Shown: positions 39,361 through 52,729 of the stretch, in pieces
Layout: every line of letters begins with the position of its first letter
Position numbering within the stretch: the first letter of the stretch is position 1
Origin: Takakia lepidozioides
Taxonomy: Eukaryota; Plantae; Bryophyta
Reading direction: 5' to 3'
Length of the DNA: 64,000 nucleotides
Assembly (NCBI GenBank): GCA_030704615.1
Contig: CM060734.1
Coordinates: forward strand, 59,148,001-59,212,000
Translations under genes and position numbers: made by a program
Notes under the pieces: generated by a model
Told to the model about the DNA's origin: nothing
The model's input: the letters and a program-made list of their open reading frames with translations, nothing else
Databases searched by the model: none

Positions 39361-39994
39361 CATGAGAGAGAGATGAGAGATGATGTGAACCGGAAGTAGG
39401 TAAGAGCCTCTTCCCCGGAAGGGGAATTGTACCAGAGATCTTGCTGCCCAGTGCTTGACAGAGGTGTTTGCAAGAGGGCCAATCTGCTACCTCATACTGA
39501 GGGCCTAAACTTTTGGTCTCTTTTGGGGCTCGGTTTATTAATTGCTGTTATTGATATGTTCATTTTCTTTTTCCGTTTCTCCCTCCCAATGTTTTGTACT
39601 TTGATGTTGATCTTAAGTCTTTGCATTCACACATGCACATTGGAGGTGCTTGCACTCCCAGAAGACACATTAGTAGTGGCTGCTCTCTGGCGCAAATTGC
39701 AGTTGGTTTACAAAAGAAGGGTGGCAGATCAGAAAAGAGAATGTCATGGCCATGGTATGTGTCATCTCACTATTCTTGCCACCAATTGTTAGAGAGAGAG
39801 AGAGGGAGAGAAGCAGGAGGGGTGAGGAACATAGCTACACTACCAACACTTTCATTAACTACTAGCATGTTTAACAGTATCACTATTTGCATAATGCCTG
39901 AGTCAGCAACTGACATTGCCACAGGTATAGTGATCTGAAGATGCCTTGGTTCACCAGAGGTGGAACATAGATTAGCAAGATTTTCTCTGCACTT

Positions 39995-40155
39995 GAGCAG
40001 GTAGCCCAGTGGTTGGGTGTTTGTGCCTTGCCTGTGCATCCTAGGTGATCCTGGGTTCAATCCTTCAACATGTGCCTTCAGACCGTCCGTTGGGCCCTAC
40101 ATGGCCTGTGTGTTGAGCAGTAGGCTCTGTAAAGTCACTGGACGTTAAAAGAAAC
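39995..40155 (+). mobile_element. Putative tRNA-derived SINE
   Basis: Pol III A box TAGCCCAGTGG (40002-40012) and B box GGTTCAATCC (40054-40063); ends GGACGTTAAAAGAAA. No cloverleaf or TSD seen. Confidence 0.55.
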
Positions 40156-41799
40156 TTTATCTTTTATCTGATATGCATAAATTATGGGGACAAGCGTGAA
40201 AGATTAGGATAAAAAGATAAAAGGACTGGTCTAACAGAATCTGAGAGGGATGCACACAGCCACCACAGCCAAATTACAGTTTTGTGGCCAACAGTGACAA
40301 TGCATCTACCACATTCTGCCCACCCTTGATGTAGAGCAGCAGACCATACTCTTGTTGGAAGCCTGCTGACACTTAGAACAGCTTGATGCAGTTTCTAACA
40401 GCACTTGCAGGGGGTGAAGCATGAAATTACATCCCACTGACAGGAACACCACACAATTATCTGCATTCGAAAGAAGATTTGTGCCAGGGGATGACCCTAC
40501 CTGCATGCAGTCATGGAGTAAAGAACTTTTGGCTTCAAAGGCTTGCAAACAGCCATACAGTCCAAATATTGCCACCACCAAGAAGCCACACACATAGCTG
40601 AATGCTATCACAACCACCTTGCAAACAGCACATCTACCAATACCAAATTCAACCTGGAAATCGATTAAAAGGTCGGCAGAATCCAGACAGTCTTAGGAAC
40701 TCTTAGGAACTCATGTATAATACTAAGTGCCTATCAAGAGATTCCTCATTGATCACCCATTGTGCATCCCGCCACCTCATCCATCCACCCACCTGCAATG
40801 TCCTCAGCCCAAAAGTTGACACTTACAGCTTAAATTCTTAGTGGAGGTCTACAGTCTACACTCACAGCAGTCTTGAAATCCTCTCACCATTCATGTCATA
40901 GAGCACCTGACCCACACCCGGCAATGCGTTCAATACGAAACTGCAAGTGCAATCAACCTGCTACATACAAGGGTCACTCCCTGGACCCAGGTATCCACCC
41001 TTTGTATTTGGTCCCCAAAACACACTTCATGCCATCCACGCACATCGAGACGAAATCAACCAGTACAACATACTTCATGTGCATTCAATTTGAGATTCTT
41101 TAAGGCCCCTAGACCAGCCTCCAAACCCTAGAGTGCATTAATTCGCCTGATGAGTATTCTCATTCTTCCATTTCCATGCGTGTGGAAGATATATCAGTCC
41201 TTCAGGTGCTGTAAACGCAGTAGACATACGGTATGTGGAAATGATTCAGTGTCAATTCTTCTGCAATCAAATCTATTACAACCCCAAAACAAATGATACA
41301 TCATATGAGTTCCTTTGCGGTTGCCTCCAAACTTCTTGCATTAAACTGCTCAATGAGACTCCACTGGGACTTTATCAAAATTCTGAATCACTTCAAGCCT
41401 ACGAAAGAGTCGTACAGGACTCCTTGACCAGGACTAAAACCTTGGACATTAGGTAAACCCTAGACTGTATCCACAATCATATACAGAGATTCTCGCAAAC
41501 TCATACACATCACTCTATTCAGATGCAGTACATTACCAATTCGTGGATCAGAGCTCGCTCTCCACTTTACTTCTAGTCTACCATCCTAACGTACGAATTG
41601 TCTCTTTGAGAGCTGTTGATTCCGTTGATATCAGATTAGGAAGATGTAGCCGTTTACAAGTTCTGAATCCATGCTATGATCTTCGAGTTGCATGTTATAT
41701 TCATCACGGAAGTTCACATCTCAACGAGTGCAGCTGACAACCCAAACAACCCAAGATGTCGAAGCTCAATCGATGTATATTTACTTGTAGTCAATTGGA

Positions 41800-44700
41800 A
41801 GTACAAAAATATAGGACGTTACAAATACAAGTGTCAACTTTCTAGTCACAAACCCTCCATAGCTTTAAAGGAAGATCCAAGTGGGGTGACTGTACAAATG
41901 GGTGTACCTGTCCCCAAGAGGAAACATCCAAAGCTCGTAGAGCTACATATATTAACACAAATAAAGAAATCAAACTATTCTAGTATCACCTACAGCCTGA
42001 AGAAGGTCAGACAACAGGAAAGAGGGTGGATCAGAGAGTGCGGGGAGGCGAGATGAAGCCGCCCCAACAACCTCTTCCCGACGTAAAATAGATTGAGCTT
42101 GACCCTTTTGCAAAGCAACAGAAACTCGTTGTCTAAAGAAAGCTACAAGAACAAGGCGTATGGGCTTCCAAGGCTTTTGTTTTCTGCTGCACGATGGGCA
42201 CATGTGCGAAGGAACTCGTTGAACTGATGATGCAAACAACCAAAGATCTCGACTGCCAAAGGAAGGAATGTGTCTGTGGAATGACGTGCCCGATAATCAT
42301 GCTCCTTTCCCTGCGCAGCTACTTAAGCGGCAACTCCCGGTGATGAGGTTGTGCGGTGCAGGAGATCCGACCTAGTAGGATCAACGATGACAACGTCCGC
42401 CAATGTACGCAATCCGTCCTGTGAGAGAACAATGTCAACCCGTTGTCGAGTGGAATGGTGATTGTGGGTCGATGGGACTATGTGCACCTGCTCTCGAATG
42501 ATATGTATCTCAGCATCACGAGCAACCGCAGCTATTGCATCCCAGACGACGTCATGGGTCGCAGTGCGTTCTCCACCGCAGGGGCAACGAAGAAGATGTA
42601 CGCCAAGTGAATCGAGAGGATGACGACAAACACACTGTTGTAGTCCTAAAACAGAGGGATGTGGAAGACCCAGTCAAACTCCTAGGGAGGTGGTAAATAC
42701 AGCAGAAGACATACGGAAGGGTGCAATGGTTGGTCGTACCGTGAGCCACGCACCTGCTCCGGGCCTTGCGCACGAGAGAAGTCTGGCCCGATGTGCATCT
42801 GAAGGAGCGTCGGAAAGCATGCCGACAAATGAGTGTCGGTTCACGCGCGTTCCATGATGGTATCCTGTAAATGCTCCAGACCTTGAGTGACCAACTGTTC
42901 AAATGGTGGCAGACAAACCCGTGTTGGTGTTGGGATGAGGTCCCGCGCTGAACGAAGATGTGGCTGGAAGAACAAAAAGCCATTGTCGATGTGGGCAACC
43001 ATCTCCATGAGAAAAGGGCGTTGCTAATAGAGAAACCGAGATGTCAAGGCTAGAGCGACTAAAGCCCAACTACCTAGGAAGGCAGCAGGGGCAGTGACGA
43101 CTGTGGATAGTAAACCCACTCCTCCAGAAGAGATCGGGAGGGTAGCCTGACGACATGCCAAGGGCCCCTGCTCACTATCAAATGCACCTGGGCCTAATAG
43201 ACGACCAAATATCTCCCTAACAGTCGTATCAAAAGAAGACAGAAGCTCCACAAAAGGAAGTGGGGGGGGGGGAAACAACGCAAAAGATAAGAAGGTCGCT
43301 GTAAAAAGCATTTGGTGAGAATGCCATGGGCTACCTGCATATCGCCTAGTTTGGGAAGAAGCTCTATATGGCTTGTATCCTGTAGCAAAGCGTCTTGGAG
43401 GAAAGATGTTGTGTAAGGGGTACTACCAAAGGGAACACCTAACACTCATATACCCTCAGATGGTGCTAGAAAGTCGACAGGGGGCACAAAATCTGAAGGC
43501 AGACCAGAGGGTGACCAAACTGTGGATTTGCGAGGTTGAACAGTGAGCCCAAGAGAGTGAAGTTGGGTAGCAAAGTGATGGAAAGCCAAAATGATATCAG
43601 TGGGAAGGCCAGTGATATGGGTATCATCAGCAATAGAAGGAAATATACAAGATTGGAAGGCTTGCGCAAATGAGCGAAAGGCTCGGAAGTGGGCAAAAGC
43701 AAAAAGAGGTCCCCCTAATAGATCGCCCTGACAGGTTCCTATTTCGGACTGGATTATAGAAAGATCTCCGGTACGGGTGTGATAACTGTAAAACAAAGGG
43801 GTGGAGGAAGCATAAAACAATCTCACAAAGGGAATGAGTTGATGGCATGCGCCGCCGGCTGATCGCAGTTCTTGAAATATTGCTGATCTGGACACCGTGT
43901 TGAAGGCGTTGGTCACATCCACCTGAAGGACGACCCAGTCTGGATGAAGGTCAAGGGAAGCCCGAATCCCATGCACCACCGCTTCACAACCTCCCTGAGT
44001 AGCGACCCCAAACTGATGTGGAGAAAAGTGAGAAGGAAAGACCTCCTGAAACTGGATGCAGATAGAGTGGCTCACCAAGCGATACAGAACCTCCCCCACT
44101 ACAATAGGACAAATCCCACATGTGTTCTTGGACATGGCCAAGAGTCGTGCTGCTCCAAGCAAACGTGCTACGGGGGTAGGTATATGTCCCATCACAATGA
44201 AAGAGCAAACTTGGAACAGCTGGGAAAAGCCACTAGCAGAGTCATGTGGATTGAGACAGTCATGGAGGTGTTCATACACCAAACCAGATGGACCTGCTGC
44301 TGCAAGATAAGAACTACGAGTGAATGCTTGTATGAAAGTATCGCGATCCAATTGAAGGTCCTCATCAGGTTCAAAGTCCTCCACAAAGCAAGGAATGATG
44401 TCGTCCGCACTGGGGTGGAGATTCTCCAAAGCTGTGACAGTATCAGCCGAAGGCGGTGCTGGAGTAAGAGGAGCAAGAGCTCGACCTGCACGGGAATACT
44501 CTCCTACCCGGCCTAGCATAAGACTCCGACAAAGACGCATGTGGATGGATGGAGATGCCTGGAGTGGGCTATCATGAGTTATTCGTGCCGCAAGTGCTGG
44601 TGCACGTAGATAATATTCGTCTTGAAGGGTTTCCCAGTCCCCAGAGAGAAATCTATGAAGACGGGCACGCGTCTCTCGATGTCCGGATTCACCACCACGT

Positions 44701-45760
44701 GGAGGCAAAACTAGACCCAATAGAGGAAAAAACAGAAAAAGGTGCCAAGCAGCAATGTCGTAAGGGTCCCGAGCAAGGCGGTCCAAGGGTAAGCGAAAAG
44801 CATGTTGTACCTCTCTGCGGAGCGCCATTGGGATGCGTGTATAGAGCCGGGGACGGGGCAAACCCAAATGAAATGCTCCCAAAACATCAAGGGTCGCAAT
44901 CCAAAGCCATGCCTGGGCAGAAAGAGCTACTAACGGGGTAGGCAAATGATTGTCTGGAGAAGACTGATTGAGTGTAGAACACGTGTGCCGATGACGCGCA
45001 CGCCCCCCTGATACAGGCAAACATCCGACCACAACCTGGACAAAGCACTTGGTCTGGTGGAGAAGATGGTGGTGCTGGTGGTGGGAGATAAGATGGAGCA
45101 AAAGGACGGGCGGTCTGATCAGGTGAACATGTCCGCTGTCTAGAAGGAGGTGGCGAGCCAGGTGGAGAGGTAAGCTCTGTGGGAGGCCGCCGTGAACCTG
45201 AAAGGCGAATTGGGGAAGGGCCACTGGCCCCATGATTTGGAGTTGTTGTGCCTCGCTTGGGGTTGTCCGGTATCATTCCTGTAGAGCTGTGACCTTGGGT
45301 AGAGTGGGAGGGTTCACCATCACCAACGCTTCCTCTCCACCGTGGATGAGGGCTACTGTGACCGAAGAGGGAGGGTGTAACACTACTCTTGGCCCCATTT
45401 CTACTGCTCCTAGGATTGTCTTGAAAGGAGGGACAGGGCCCACCACCAATATTCCCCCTGGCTGTACTATGTCTCTGGCGGATGTGCCTAGTGTAAGGGG
45501 GTTGACCACCCTGGCATCTAGGGTTACCTTGTGTGGCAGAGAAGGGCCCACCATTATCACGTTGAAGGCTGGTGTGCGAGGAGTGGGTGGGCCCGACACC
45601 ATCCTGCACAGCTGCTGTGTTCCGTTTAGACCCACGGTTGGGGTGTCTACCGCCTCTAGCTACCCGCTGTCCGCCATCGGCCTCTGCCCGCTGTCGGCCA
45701 TCGCTTTCCATGAAAGGCTTCTCGAAGACACTGCTCTTTACTACTCAATTCTTACCATAA
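41800..45760 (-). mobile_element. CRE-clade-like non-LTR retrotransposon with restriction-like endonuclease (RLE), degenerate
   Basis: N-terminal CPGC zinc finger; RT QFGVATQGGCEAVVH, VDVTNAFNTVSR, GTCQGDLLGGPLF, IADD, LGVPFG; C-terminal HLLRCPCGGERTATHD..RVDIV..ADVV..K..Y..FLPLAVE (CCHC + PD-(D/E)xK). Boundaries approximate. Confidence 0.85.
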
Positions 45761-46042
45761 CTCCGGAGGATTCGAAGGCATCCAGCTACTTTCCTCACTT
45801 CTACTGTTTCTGTCTCTACCACCCTAAGTTGTTTCTAAACAGTGCTGCAGTTTGACATCTCCTTCCATAGGTGACACGAAGGCTCCACCAAGCTCAGTGG
45901 TCATGCATCTCCACAAATCGCTCTAGTCCCAACATTTCTCTACAAACTGTACACAATTTGGACAATACAAATTCCTCAGATCTACACCAAATCTGTACAG
46001 TCTACATCGTCCCAACGATGACTAAGTCTGATGGCTTGCAAG

Positions 46043-46330
46043 TTACATGTGTCCGTAGACTGGGGCATGGAGGAACAGCTCGGTGACGATGAGAGAGAAG
46101 AAGCCGATCATGGCAAGACGACCATTCCAGCGCTCAGCCCTGGCGTTGAAGGGACCGAAGCTTCGGGCGTCGTGGCATTCATGATTGGCACCAATGACGC
46201 GTATATGAGCGGTTGCATAACAATCAAGAAATATATGAGGCCGGTAGGTCCGGAATTGAACAACTGCTCTAGCACTGTCAATCTGGTCATCTTCTCCGCA
46301 ACAGCCGCCCACACGAATCCCACCATAGCA
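46043..46330 (-). pseudogene. ELIP: ELIP / LHC-like three-helix protein, 5'-truncated and frameshifted
   Basis: AMVGFVWAAVAE..LIYASLVPIMN, frameshift near 46175, then DARSFGPFNARAERWNGRLAMIGFFSLIVTE (chlorophyll-binding ExxNGRxAM motif). Homology stops abruptly at 46330. Confidence 0.8.
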
Positions 46331-48532
46331 TGTAATGTGCCACCGAAAGAGCCTCCAGCTATAGACCTTACTGTTCAGAAAACTGGATCGCATCAGTAAG
46401 CAGTAACTGTGTCAAGCATCGGTGTCTATCATCACTTCTGTTTTTTTTTTTTTTTTTTTTTTTTACAAAAAACCGGGATTTAAAATTTATTTTAAATTTA
46501 AAAATAAAATAAAATAAAATAAAATTTTAAGAAAAAAACAGCGCACAAGTGATGATCAATGCCGATCATCACTTACAGTGCTTCAAGATTTTGCAGAGCA
46601 TTTTTTATTTCGGCCAGAAATGTGGTTCACATTGTTTTTTGAGTCCTGCATCTTTCCCCCTTGCAAAATTAGTTGTCCATCAAAACATGATCTTAGGGCT
46701 GGAAGAAGTGATGCTCACCGATCATCACTCAAACTGCTGTGTGCTTTTGTAGAGATATCTTCATTTCGTCCAAAAATGTGAATTGCATCGTTTTGCTTTC
46801 GTGTTTCAGTCCTACCTTTCCTCAATTGAAATTGAAATCTTCAAGAAAATGTGATGATCGGCGGTAATCATCACATTTAGACCTTCTTCAGGGTGGTACT
46901 TGTGAGGTAGTAGAATTCCCATCAACAGTCACTCTCTGTAGGGAATGTGATGAACGCCGCCGATCATCATATTCTCATGTTTTGTGAATTGACATGTTGG
47001 GAATTGCATTGGGTTTGTGAGTTAGCAGGTACACAAAATATGTGTTGAGGGGAAACACTTAGCGGTGTCCCTGATTGTCTCGACATGTGGTCGGATCCTC
47101 ATTTAGGATCACAAACTGATTCCGTATTTGACAGCCCCCTGCCCAGATTTTTGCTTCGTGTGTATGCAGAAGAAATGACATTTCGCATGTCCGAGGCTCC
47201 ATCACCTGATCCCAGAATGTCTGCACGCGCGAGTAGACATCCCATATCCGGAGTTATGATTTTTTTGGACTTGGATGCAGAGGATGCGGGGATATGTTAT
47301 GATGAGGCCGAGTCAGATTGACCTTTAACCACTAAAGGACAAGAGGTGTTTTTGGGTTTTTGGACAATTCCGGGACCCACCCTCACACTTCAGCGGCTAC
47401 CTGCCCACTAACGTTCATCCACGTGAATGAACCGTACAAACTGCTTCCTACCTACCAGATGCACAAGCCCCCCAAATTTGGGGAGATTCCATAGTGTAGT
47501 TTGGGAGATTATAACATTTGAAGATGGTGCATTTTTTTGGAAAATGGAAAAAAAAAAAGCAAAAGTTCATGTTTGACCAAGCAAATTATCCATGATCCAA
47601 AATTTTCCTGGGAGAAAAAGTACTATATTCCTGTGAAGTGCACAATCCCAAACCCTCACACCAATCTGCCAAAATGAAGGGGTATGTGACTGGAATGGGG
47701 GTCCAAAAAGAGAATTTGCAAAGAAAATGGTATAGGCCCCATTGGGACCCCAAATTCTACTTCAATTGGGAATTCCAATGGTCAGTCCCTCATAGGCCAA
47801 GAACTACACAAGCCTGCCCAAGAATTTTCCAAAAATTCCCTAAATTGCATTTGGGATGTGGGATTTTGTGAAATTTCCGGCTTCCTCCAGGTCAGGCAAT
47901 CGGTGGCCGGAATTTCGCTTGAATCCGGCGACGTTTTCTGGGCCACGTTGAGGTTTCCCATTGTTTGCCACGGCCAGCTCATTCGAGCCGTCCCCGTGTT
48001 CCTCGGCCTTTTGGAGAGGGCCTCACAACCCCTGCATGGCCCCCGCCGCAAAATCCCACCCGCGTGGCCGCTGCCACCTGCCACGTCGATGGTCAACCGC
48101 CGTGGCCTCCCCCATCCACCCAAAATCCTACAATTTTCAAACTTCAAAAAATTCCCAACGGCTGAGTTTTTCTCTGCTGGGAGCGCCATAAAGACCTGCG
48201 TGTGCAACTCGTTCCGCGCTACATTTTTTGTTCAAGCCATTCGTTCATCGGACTTCATCCATGCATGCTATGGATGGATGAAAAATCGGGCCGACCTTAT
48301 TCGGGTCGGCTCGTCGTTTAGGGGTTAAAGTTTCTATGTACTCTTTCTTCATCCTCATAAAAGTATTTTGACTTGTTGCGACTGTTCATCTGTCCTAAAT
48401 ACGAAAGGAAAGACTAATTACAAAACACACATTCATGGGTTGACATGGCCCCACATAATATTGAAAGACAAGAAATCCAACAAAGTTCAAAATTGCCTTC
48501 AGGGAAAAAAAACTACATCAATCCATCGTAGT

Positions 48533-49012
48533 TGTCGTGCACCTAAGCATCGTGCCACAACATACATCGTTGTCCACCACACAATCTAGATAATGGAAGT
48601 GGACACACAATGGAAACACTCCACTCATGAATCCACTCAATCACATAAACTAAGTCAAGCCGAGGGCACCTTTGCTAAAGGAATCCACCCTACAAAGCCC
48701 TCACCACACTCCCTCTCAATACCTAGAGCTATGGAGGTGGGAGAGGCTCATGGAGGCTCATCTACAAGAAGATGAGCCTCCTCAACACTCACAAGGGGAA
48801 AACCTATCTCCATGTCTCAAGTGAGGCTCGACACCTCACTTGGCATGTGAGACCAAATGAAGTTCCAACACACAAAATATAAATATAAATATCTAAAATG
48901 TCATAGTTAACTAGAAGTAGGTAATTCTAGATAACCATGATTAAAACCATGACAGCTGTCGTGCACCTAAGCATCGTGCCACAACATACATCGTTGTCCA
49001 CCACACAATCTA
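48533..49012. repeat. Repeat A (56 bp, identical copies at 48533-48588 and 48957-49012) flanking repeat B copy 48606-48954
   Basis: TGTCGTGCACCTAAGCATCGTGCCACAACATACATCGTTGTCCACCACACAATCTA occurs twice; junction CATGACA-GC-TGTCGTG at 48948-48963. Confidence 0.95.
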
Positions 49013-49041
49013 AGCACACAATCCTAGAAAGCTATACCACA

Positions 49042-49053
49042 ATCGCCCCCCTA
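49042..49053 (-). promoter_or_regulatory. Putative polypurine tract
   Basis: TAGGGGGGCGAT followed immediately by TGTGG on the element strand, downstream of the pol stop codon. Confidence 0.6.
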
Positions 49054-49298
49054 GCTGGTGGTTAGGTCCCTCTAACTCCAGATAGCTACAAGATGTAATA
49101 GCCACAGCCGTACTAAGTCCTCTATCACTATCCCTATTGTACTCAAACTCTATAGACCAAGAGGTCGGGTACAAGAGCAACCCCATCGTTAGTCGCCGTC
49201 TTGCAATTTGTGAACTTGAGTCAGGATCTCGTGTATTGGTCTCCTAGTAGCTTGGCCTTGCATTTCTTGTTAGCCTTCCATGGTTGTATCCACTCCCA

Positions 49299-52200
49299 CT
49301 AACCAATGCAATGCGGACATAACCAATCCCCATCAGGAACCATCTCAAGAGGTGGAGTCAAGCATCCCATATGCCAACCTCTAGAGCATTGATCACACAC
49401 CAGCATGGTGGCTGCCCCTCTAGCAGACCCACACGACATGCACCTCAAACTTGCAGGTACCACTGCCAAGTTTGGGTCAACCCTTCCATAAACATTTGGA
49501 AAGTGACATGGCGCGCAATTACGCACATGGTCCTTCCAAATCATGCCATCCTGACCCTCCAAGATCAGGACTCCTGAGGGCAACACCTCTCGAACCCTCA
49601 AAATAGTACGTCCTGCAGTCACATCCAAGGTCGTAGGAGCAATCTGCTGCAGATAAACATAGTCACCAGGGTTAAATCTCCGAACCCCAGAACGATAGCC
49701 CCCACCACGTATGGTAGCATACCTCAACGTATCACGATGTTGGGCAATAGCAAGGTTCTCAAAAGCCATAGGCATGACTCTCTTGAACAACTCTGCCCGC
49801 TGGGCACATGCTTGTGTCCACACATCCGGATCATCAAGGTTGATAACTACTGCAGTCTCCCTGCGAATAGATGCAGTCAAATCTGGCTCTCGACCAAAGA
49901 TAGGAAAATACGGTGAGAACGAGTCAAGTGATGCTTGTTTGCTAAACCTGTAGCCTATGGCCAACCAAGGTAGCTGAAGGTCCCAATCTCCTAAGTGTCC
50001 TTTCTGCAAGCCATACTTGTGCAAGCCTCGCTTGACTGTTTGTACAACCCTCTCTGCCAGGCCATCAGCCTCGGGATGATCCCGAGAAGTAGTGCGGTGA
50101 TCTATCAAGGCTTGCTTACACAAAGCCTGAAACTCCCCCAATAACTCTCTCCCCTGGTCCGTGAGTACCTCGGCTGGAGCACCAAATTGGCTAAGCACTC
50201 GATCTAAGAATGCATACGCAGCCCCCTCACTTGCCTTGTCAGGCAATGTCACCAGTTCAATCCACTTGGAGAAATGTTCCACCATCACCAGCACATCTTT
50301 GTTATGGCGAATCGTCAGTAGCAATGGGCTTGCAAAGTCAAGACTCCAACGATAGCCCAAACCCATAATGGGTAAAGTATACAATTGTGGAGTAGGTGCA
50401 TTGAAAGAAGCTCGCACTCTATCACACACCATGCACCTTGCCACTAACTGTTGCACATCCATGTGCATGCCCCGCCACCAGTACTGTCCTTGCAGCAAAC
50501 TATGAGTGCGCCGCACCCCAAAATGTCCCAACTCCTCCTGGGCATGGCGTACCAATTGCGCTCGTTGTGTTGGATGAGGCACAATCCTCACTCGTCCATC
50601 CTCCCATACTCGGAGTAGGTGAGTCCCCTCCCACTTGAACCTTTTGGCTCGTTGTAGGATCCGATCTCTCTTCTTAGCAGTCACACTGGCTGCTGACTCT
50701 CCAGTACAAAGGTAGGCCAACACTGCTGCATCTTCATGTACATCCTTAGCACCACCAAGCTCATCACTGATCTCCGGATCGTCATGCACACCATCTACAT
50801 GACCAATGCTATGGGATGGACCAGCTTTAGCTCCCATTGCTAGGATGCACAAAAAGACATATGCATGCCATCCTGGCACCATCTCCTCATCTGTCTCACC
50901 ATGCCACCGAGCTCCAGTATCATCATGCTTGCTCGTGCATGGATTACGACTCAATCCATCTGCATCCCGATTGACAATACTGGCTCGATGCACCACCTAA
51001 AAGTCGTATTCTTGAAGCATAAGTGCCCACCGTGCAAGCTTCTTTGTAAGCTTGTCTGACTCCATTAACCACTTCAATGGTTGGTGATCCGTGACAAGGG
51101 TGAAGAGATTGCCATAGACGTAACATTTGAAATGTGCCATTGCCCATACCGCAGCTAGACACTCCCCTTCATAGGAACTATACTTCGCCTCGACATCATT
51201 GTTTGAGCGGCTAGCATATGCCACTACGAACTCTCTTCCCTCATCATCCATCTGTGTGAGCACTGCTCGAATCCCCAGCATACTCCAATCCGTATGTAGC
51301 TGGAAAGGCCGCCCCCGAATAGGTGCAGAAGTCAATCGAGCCTTGAGTTCCTCAAAGGCTTCCTCCTGCTCCTCCTCCCACTGCCACTCCTGGTCCACCT
51401 TGGTCAGTTTGGTTAGAGCCTTTGCAATGGCACTAAATCCCTTAACAAACCGTCTATAATAGTTTGCTAACCCCATGAAAGCTCGAACTCGGCTCACATC
51501 CGTGGGGCGTGGAATCTGTGCAATGGACTCTACCTTAGTCTGTTGTACCTCCAATCCTCCAGGATATATCATGTGACCCAGATACTCAATTTGGTTGTGG
51601 AAAAACTTGCACTTCCCCGGATGTAACTTCAATCCGTGTGCCCTCAAGCGCTCAAATATCACCTGAAGGTGTCTCTCATGCTCCTCCACCGTAGCACTAA
51701 AGATGATGATGTCATCTATATAGCACCGAGCAAACTCCACCCCTGCTAGAATCTTGTTCATGATTATCTGAAACTCTGCCGGAGCGTTCTTAAGCCCAAA
51801 TGGTAAGAACCGCCACTGGTATAGGCAATCCTTCCCGTGCTCATTGATCCCCCAGAAGGCAGTCTTCTGCTTATCCGCCTCCTTGATTGGCAACTGGTGA
51901 TATCCGGATCGTAAATCCAAAGTGCTAAAGACCTTGGCATGCCCAATGGCATCAAAGATCTCCTCTGGTGTCGGCATGGCATACCTATCGGACTTGGTCT
52001 GACAATTTACAGGCCGGTAATCACCGCACATACGTCTCTCCGTCCAATTGCCATAGACATCCTTCTTGGCTGGCATCATTGTGGCTGAAGCATACTCTCC
52101 CCAAGATAGCTCCACCAAACCAGCCTCCTAAAGGTCCTGAGTTCTCATATGAATCAAGGACCTCTCCATGTCACTGTATCTATAGGGTCTCTGAAAGATT

Positions 52201-52370
52201 GGCGTGTCAATAGCCAATTCAATGCGAATCTCTTGACCCTTCAGTGCTCCTAAGTCCTTCAAACTGAAGGCAAAGCAGTTCCTGTAAGCCCTCAAGAACT
52301 GCCGTATACGTCGTCTTTCTCCTCCGGTCTTTCTCCTAGGTCCAACATCAGGCTCCCAGTTGTCCTCCAC
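49299..52370 (-). pseudogene. pol: Pol: reverse transcriptase, RNase H, integrase, C-terminal PHD finger
   Basis: RMCGDYRPVN, LDLRSGYHQ, PFGLKNAP, YIDD; TDWS, YEGECLA, TDHQPL; H..LGH..CMVC, WSLDF, TDQG, GLAER; PHD CMSC..VCDQC..WHMGCL..P.GDWLCPHC (49305-49442). In-frame stops at 52128 and 50997. Confidence 0.95.
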
Positions 52371-52729
52371 GACTGCAACCTTGAGTCCAGCAGGCTTAGA
52401 GGTAGAAGACGCGTCCCGTGGTTGCTATGCTGCAACCTCTTGAGCAGTGACCACTGCCTCCTCTGTCAGTGACAATGTCTCATCCTGCCCCATCATCCCA
52501 TCCTTGAGGACCTCCTCAACCCGAGAAAAATCCCCAACCTCATCCATCACGGCCGCCTTGGCTGCCAACTCCTTTTGAGCCTCGAGCACCTCCCATGTGT
52601 GCCATGGATGCGGCCTGCACCTCGTGGTCCTCACCTGTTTGCCCCCACTTGCTGCCTGTACCGTCTCGGTAGGCAGGGAGACCATCAAGGGAAGTGTACT
52701 CCGTACTCTGCGCTGCTCAGCCATAGCCA

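Noticed and set aside
39995-40075. tRNA gene
   Set aside because: A and B boxes are present but there is no acceptor or anticodon stem pairing; better explained as a SINE head.
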